From Eledone cirrhosa (lineage: Eukaryota): a stretch of DNA of 64,000 bases. This document shows, piece after piece, positions 60,053 to 64,000 of this stretch. Made by a program: the position numbers and the translations under genes. A model generated the notes under the pieces. It had not been told where the DNA came from, ran no database searches, and worked only from the letters and a program-made list of their open reading frames with translations. Location: positions 162,998,001-163,062,000 of the forward strand of contig OZ024743.1 in assembly GCA_964016885.1 (NCBI GenBank). The letters run 5' to 3'. The number at the start of each line of letters is the position of its first letter. The first letter of the stretch is position 1.

Positions 60053-60916
60053 CGTGTATGTGTATATATGTATATTTAGTTATGTATCTTTATGTGTGTA
60101 TATGTATGTATATGTATGTATGTATATATATATACCCATGTGGAGGTATGAGTACATATTCGTGTGTGTATGTATGTGTATATGTGTTTTTATATGTGTC
60201 TTTATATGTTTTTATGTATGTATGTGGATGTATATGTACATGGGTGTGTGATTGATGGTGTGTGCCTATATATTCCTACATATGCCCGTGTGTGTATGTA
60301 CGTATATACGCACATATGTGTGTGTTGAACAAAGGACTAATTTTGGGATGGACGTAGAAAAATTCTTCAGAAAAAAATAATTGTTTACAAACTTGGCATT
60401 CTCAACACAAAGGAATACTAAAAGCTTTTTCCCCTGAATAAAGGAATTTTTCGAGAATGACCGGGGCAGGCCGCACTTGCTACATTTCTCCCCACCCAAC
60501 CCTACTCACCGTCTCAACTCATTACTGCTATTAACACTTTTTCAACACACCTACACCCATACACTTATTAAAGGGGGAAAAAAACCAAAAAAAAAACCCC
60601 ACCACACCACAGACATGTTAAATCCCTATATATAGAACAACACACCACATAGACATCAGTTTGACAAGCGCACCTCAGCGTGAAAGGTCGTTCTAAAAAC
60701 GAAAATATACCTCCTACGTTAACCAAGAACTCCTAACCAACAACCAACAACTTAATTTATAAAAAAATTTTTTTTAAGAAAAAAATTTTTTATAATCCGG
60801 AAAAAAATTCTTTTTGGATTTTGTGAAGAAAATAAATTTGTTGAAAGCACAAGTGAAGCCATTTTTCTTCCCCCCTGTCTTAATATACCTAACTGTACCA
60901 AGGATTACACACATTT

Positions 60917-61001
<85 letters not shown>

Positions 61002-61044
61002 AAAGTAAAACAAAGAAGCCTTCAATACATCAAAAGTCTTTATT

Positions 61045-61084
61045 AGCCGACAATGTTTCGTCCTATTAAGGACTCATCAGGGCA
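61045..61084 (-). ncRNA. Canonical minimal type-I hammerhead ribozyme (family K)
   Basis: gcc-CTGATGA-gtcc(ttaata)ggac-GAAA-cattg-TC-ggc. Confidence 0.92.
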
Positions 61085-62639
61085 ATTAAAACAACAAGAA
61101 GTAATATCGGCAGATACAAGCCGGAAGCTCAGAAGAATATGGAGTGTACATACACTAAAGTATTGCAAGATTATGGGTAAAAATATATAATAAAAATAAT
61201 AAAAATATATAATAAAAATTACTAAGGATGTATATAACATTAAGAACCATATTACAAATATAGTCCAAAGCAAAAAAAACCTAGAGCTAAACAAAGGTGG
61301 TTATATAGAGCAGGAATTATATATAATACAATGTAATATAATATAATATACCTTTACCAACATTAAAATTACAATAAAAATCAAAAGGTACAATATGCAT
61401 ATGTATATATGTACGCACACGTACACACACATACACATACAACAAAACACATATCCATCTTCAACTGCACAAATTAAACCTTATTAAGAGTTTGAATATA
61501 AAAATAAGCATGATAGGAATGAAAATAATAATAATAATAATACTAATACATCTACCCAATATACATGAGGTAATAATATGATATAATTATAAGTAGCACA
61601 TATAATAAATAATAAACAATACAATTATATACTATATAATATAATATAATAGAATAGATAATCTCCGGTTAATTTACACAAACAATATAGATGTCACAAT
61701 AATACTATAATAATATTATACTAACATTTATAATATACAATATACTAACATTTATAATAAACAATATATAATGGTACTCAAGTTAACAAATCAATTCATA
61801 CTGGGTTACAGAGAAGGTGAGGAAAAATAAATTGTACAATACCCCCCAAAAATTATGATGGTACAAAAAATACAAACATCTTACATGATATATAAAGTTT
61901 AACATATCATAATGTTACATATAATTAACGGTAAGTAATAAGGATCAATATTACAATAAAAAATACAATATAATATAATATATTATATAAAATAAATTAA
62001 CATAATATAATATATAATTACTTATAATTACAAGGTTGGTGAACAGATATGCATGTGGATGAGTGAGTAAGGGCCAGACAGTAAATATAATGCACAGTAG
62101 TATTACAAATAAAATATAAAATATAAAATATAGAATAAAATAAATAAATAGAATCAACCGGAAATTAAAAAACAAAAACAAACGTATACATTTAGGTCTC
62201 ACATGCAGTTAAGTAAAAACTAAGGAAACAACCCCTGTAAATGACTCGAAAACCCTATTTGATAAATTAATATTAAAAATATTTAAACTATCCAATAAGG
62301 CAGTATAATATTAGCTATAGTTTAAGTAATTAAAGTTTATAAACGTTAATATTTCGTTACAAATGTTTACAAAAAGGAATGAATTTTTTTACTATCATAT
62401 ACATAACGATATCTAAAAAACTGACTTAAGCAGAATTAAGGTAGGCTAATAGGGACAGAAATGAAGAAATATATGGAGGATGCAAATGGGCATAAAATCA
62501 TAGTCAATATACTATATTAAATAATAGAAAGGAGCGTAAAAGAGGGGGGGGGGTAAATATAATCATAGTCAATTTGGAGGGGTTGACAATAGGTTTATGT
62601 GCGCATGGGGAGGAGGGGGGTTATCCAAAGAAGAATCCG

Positions 62640-62762
62640 AATAAAAATAAAAATAAAAATAAAAATAAAAATAAAAATAAAAATAAAAATAAAAATAAAA
62701 ATAAAAATAAAAATAAAAATAAAAATAAAAATAAAAATAAAAATAAAAATAAAAATAAAATA
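62640..62762. repeat. (ATAAAA)n hexanucleotide microsatellite
   Basis: Direct reading, about 20 units. Confidence 0.98.
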
Positions 62763-63850
62763 AATAGCGTAAAATATATAATCTTATATATATTCATAAG
62801 GTGTTAATAGTGAAAATTTAATGCGTAAGAAGATAGATATGGTACAGTAGCCAAAAGATTATGAGAGCTAGAATAAAGAGTCATCAAAAACCAATGATAA
62901 TAATGATGATAATAATAATGTTGGTAAACAAAAGAACCTAAACTAAAAAATAAGTAATGGAATATATCAGCTAATGGGTACAATTTGTACTACTAGAACA
63001 TTTAGGTTTATAATAAAAGTATGAATTAGAAATAGCGTGGGGGCAAGAAGAGAATATCTCAGACTTTCTATTAAGTAAGGATACGCTAGAGAAAATTATA
63101 GAGTGTGTCTCGAGGATACAGAGATTACAAAACTTAGTATGTGTAGAAAGGTGGTTAGAGCGTGCTACTAAACGCCAGTTAAGGCTATATGGTATATTAG
63201 CTCCCTTAAGATCCCAGATATAATGTGCTAAAGAAGTAGAATTCTTAAACTTAACATGTTTGAAATTAGAGATATGAGAGTTAAACCTAGTCTTAAAAGT
63301 GTTAGATGTAGAGCCTATATAAGTTCTATTAGAGGAATTAGTTATGACTTCGCAAGCATAGACAATGTTCTTAGAAAGGCAGTTACCGTTTAAAGGACAG
63401 TTAGCACTCACTCTACAATTGCACTTCCGGGTGTTATTGGTTGGCTCAAGTGGTGATGCATTACACGTAGGATTGCTATTAGATAAGGTCTGTTCTGGTG
63501 GTAATGCATTTCCAGATCTGTTCAGACTAGTAGTATGTAGAGAGGAGAATCCATCCCTAATTTTCCTATTATATATATATATATTCATTAGTTAAGCAAA
63601 ACAAGACCACAAATTTCACAAGGAAGACATTATTAAAAGATTGTCAACATATTTTAGTTTGATGTAAGGAATGTAGAGAATAATAATAATAATATTAATA
63701 ATAATAATGTCCGTTTACAATTGTTTCGCTACTCCATATTAAATTTCTGGATCAGATGACTATATATCATAATTGATCTGGTTCAGTTGAAAATAATTAA
63801 CATATTTAAAAAACAGAGCGGCTCATCGGAACTTCAAAGGAATATAAATT

Positions 63851-64000
63851 AAAATAATTGTTTCTACTTTAGGCACAAGGCCAGCAATTACCCAGTGCAT
63901 TGCTGGTACTTTATTTTATCGGCCCCGTAAGGATGAAAGGCAAAGTCAACCTCGGCGGGATTTGAACTCAGATCGTAAAGGGACGTAACTATGCTGGAAA
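63851..64000 (-). mobile_element. tRNA-derived SINE, same family as 48851-49011, runs off the window end
   Basis: Reverse complement contains tctgagttcaaatcccgccgaggttgactttgcctttcatccttacggggccgataaaataaagtaccag. Confidence 0.88.

Larger units (their letters stand above)
60999..63570 (-). mobile_element. PLE family K 3' part: GIY-YIG fragment 62971-63570, ~1.9-kb AT-rich 3' UTR, HHR, ends in (TA)n
   Basis: CNCRVSANCPLNGNC, NIVYAC, TYIGSTSNTFKTRF, CNLC, SCPH. Confidence 0.9.

Noticed and set aside
60658-60700. Possible hammerhead of family J (TTGACAA-gcgc..gcgt-GAAA-gg..tc-TA)
   Set aside because: Two core mismatches and weak stems I and III; could be chance
62574-62807. KN-repeat ORF or telomeric repeat
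   Set aside because: Simple (ATAAAA)n tract in a PLE UTR; not TTAGGG-like and not terminal

Overview
AT-rich animal genomic DNA, probably an octopus (inferred only from a SINE I recall as Octopus-like). I found no supportable host gene. The window is almost entirely nested mobile DNA. At least ten families of Penelope-like retroelements (PLEs; RT plus C-terminal GIY-YIG endonuclease) sit in (TA)n microsatellites as truncated, tandem and fold-back copies. One is a near-identical 15.5-kb palindromic/1.5-mer complex with an intact 813-aa ORF (29376-44899). About 25 type-I hammerhead ribozyme (HHR) motifs from about 12 sequence families can be read directly, several with greatly extended stem II (up to 116 nt). 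Also present: a decayed Helitron with a nested non-autonomous Helitron, tRNA-type SINEs, a small MITE and an RTE LINE tail. The most unusual signal is a ~370-bp-arm inverted repeat (795-1636) whose mismatches are almost all G.U wobbles on the + strand with an ADAR-like neighbour bias. It looks like a hyper-edited dsRNA written back into the genome, or a long hairpin RNA under structural selection. Most ORFs in the supplied track are translations of microsatellites.
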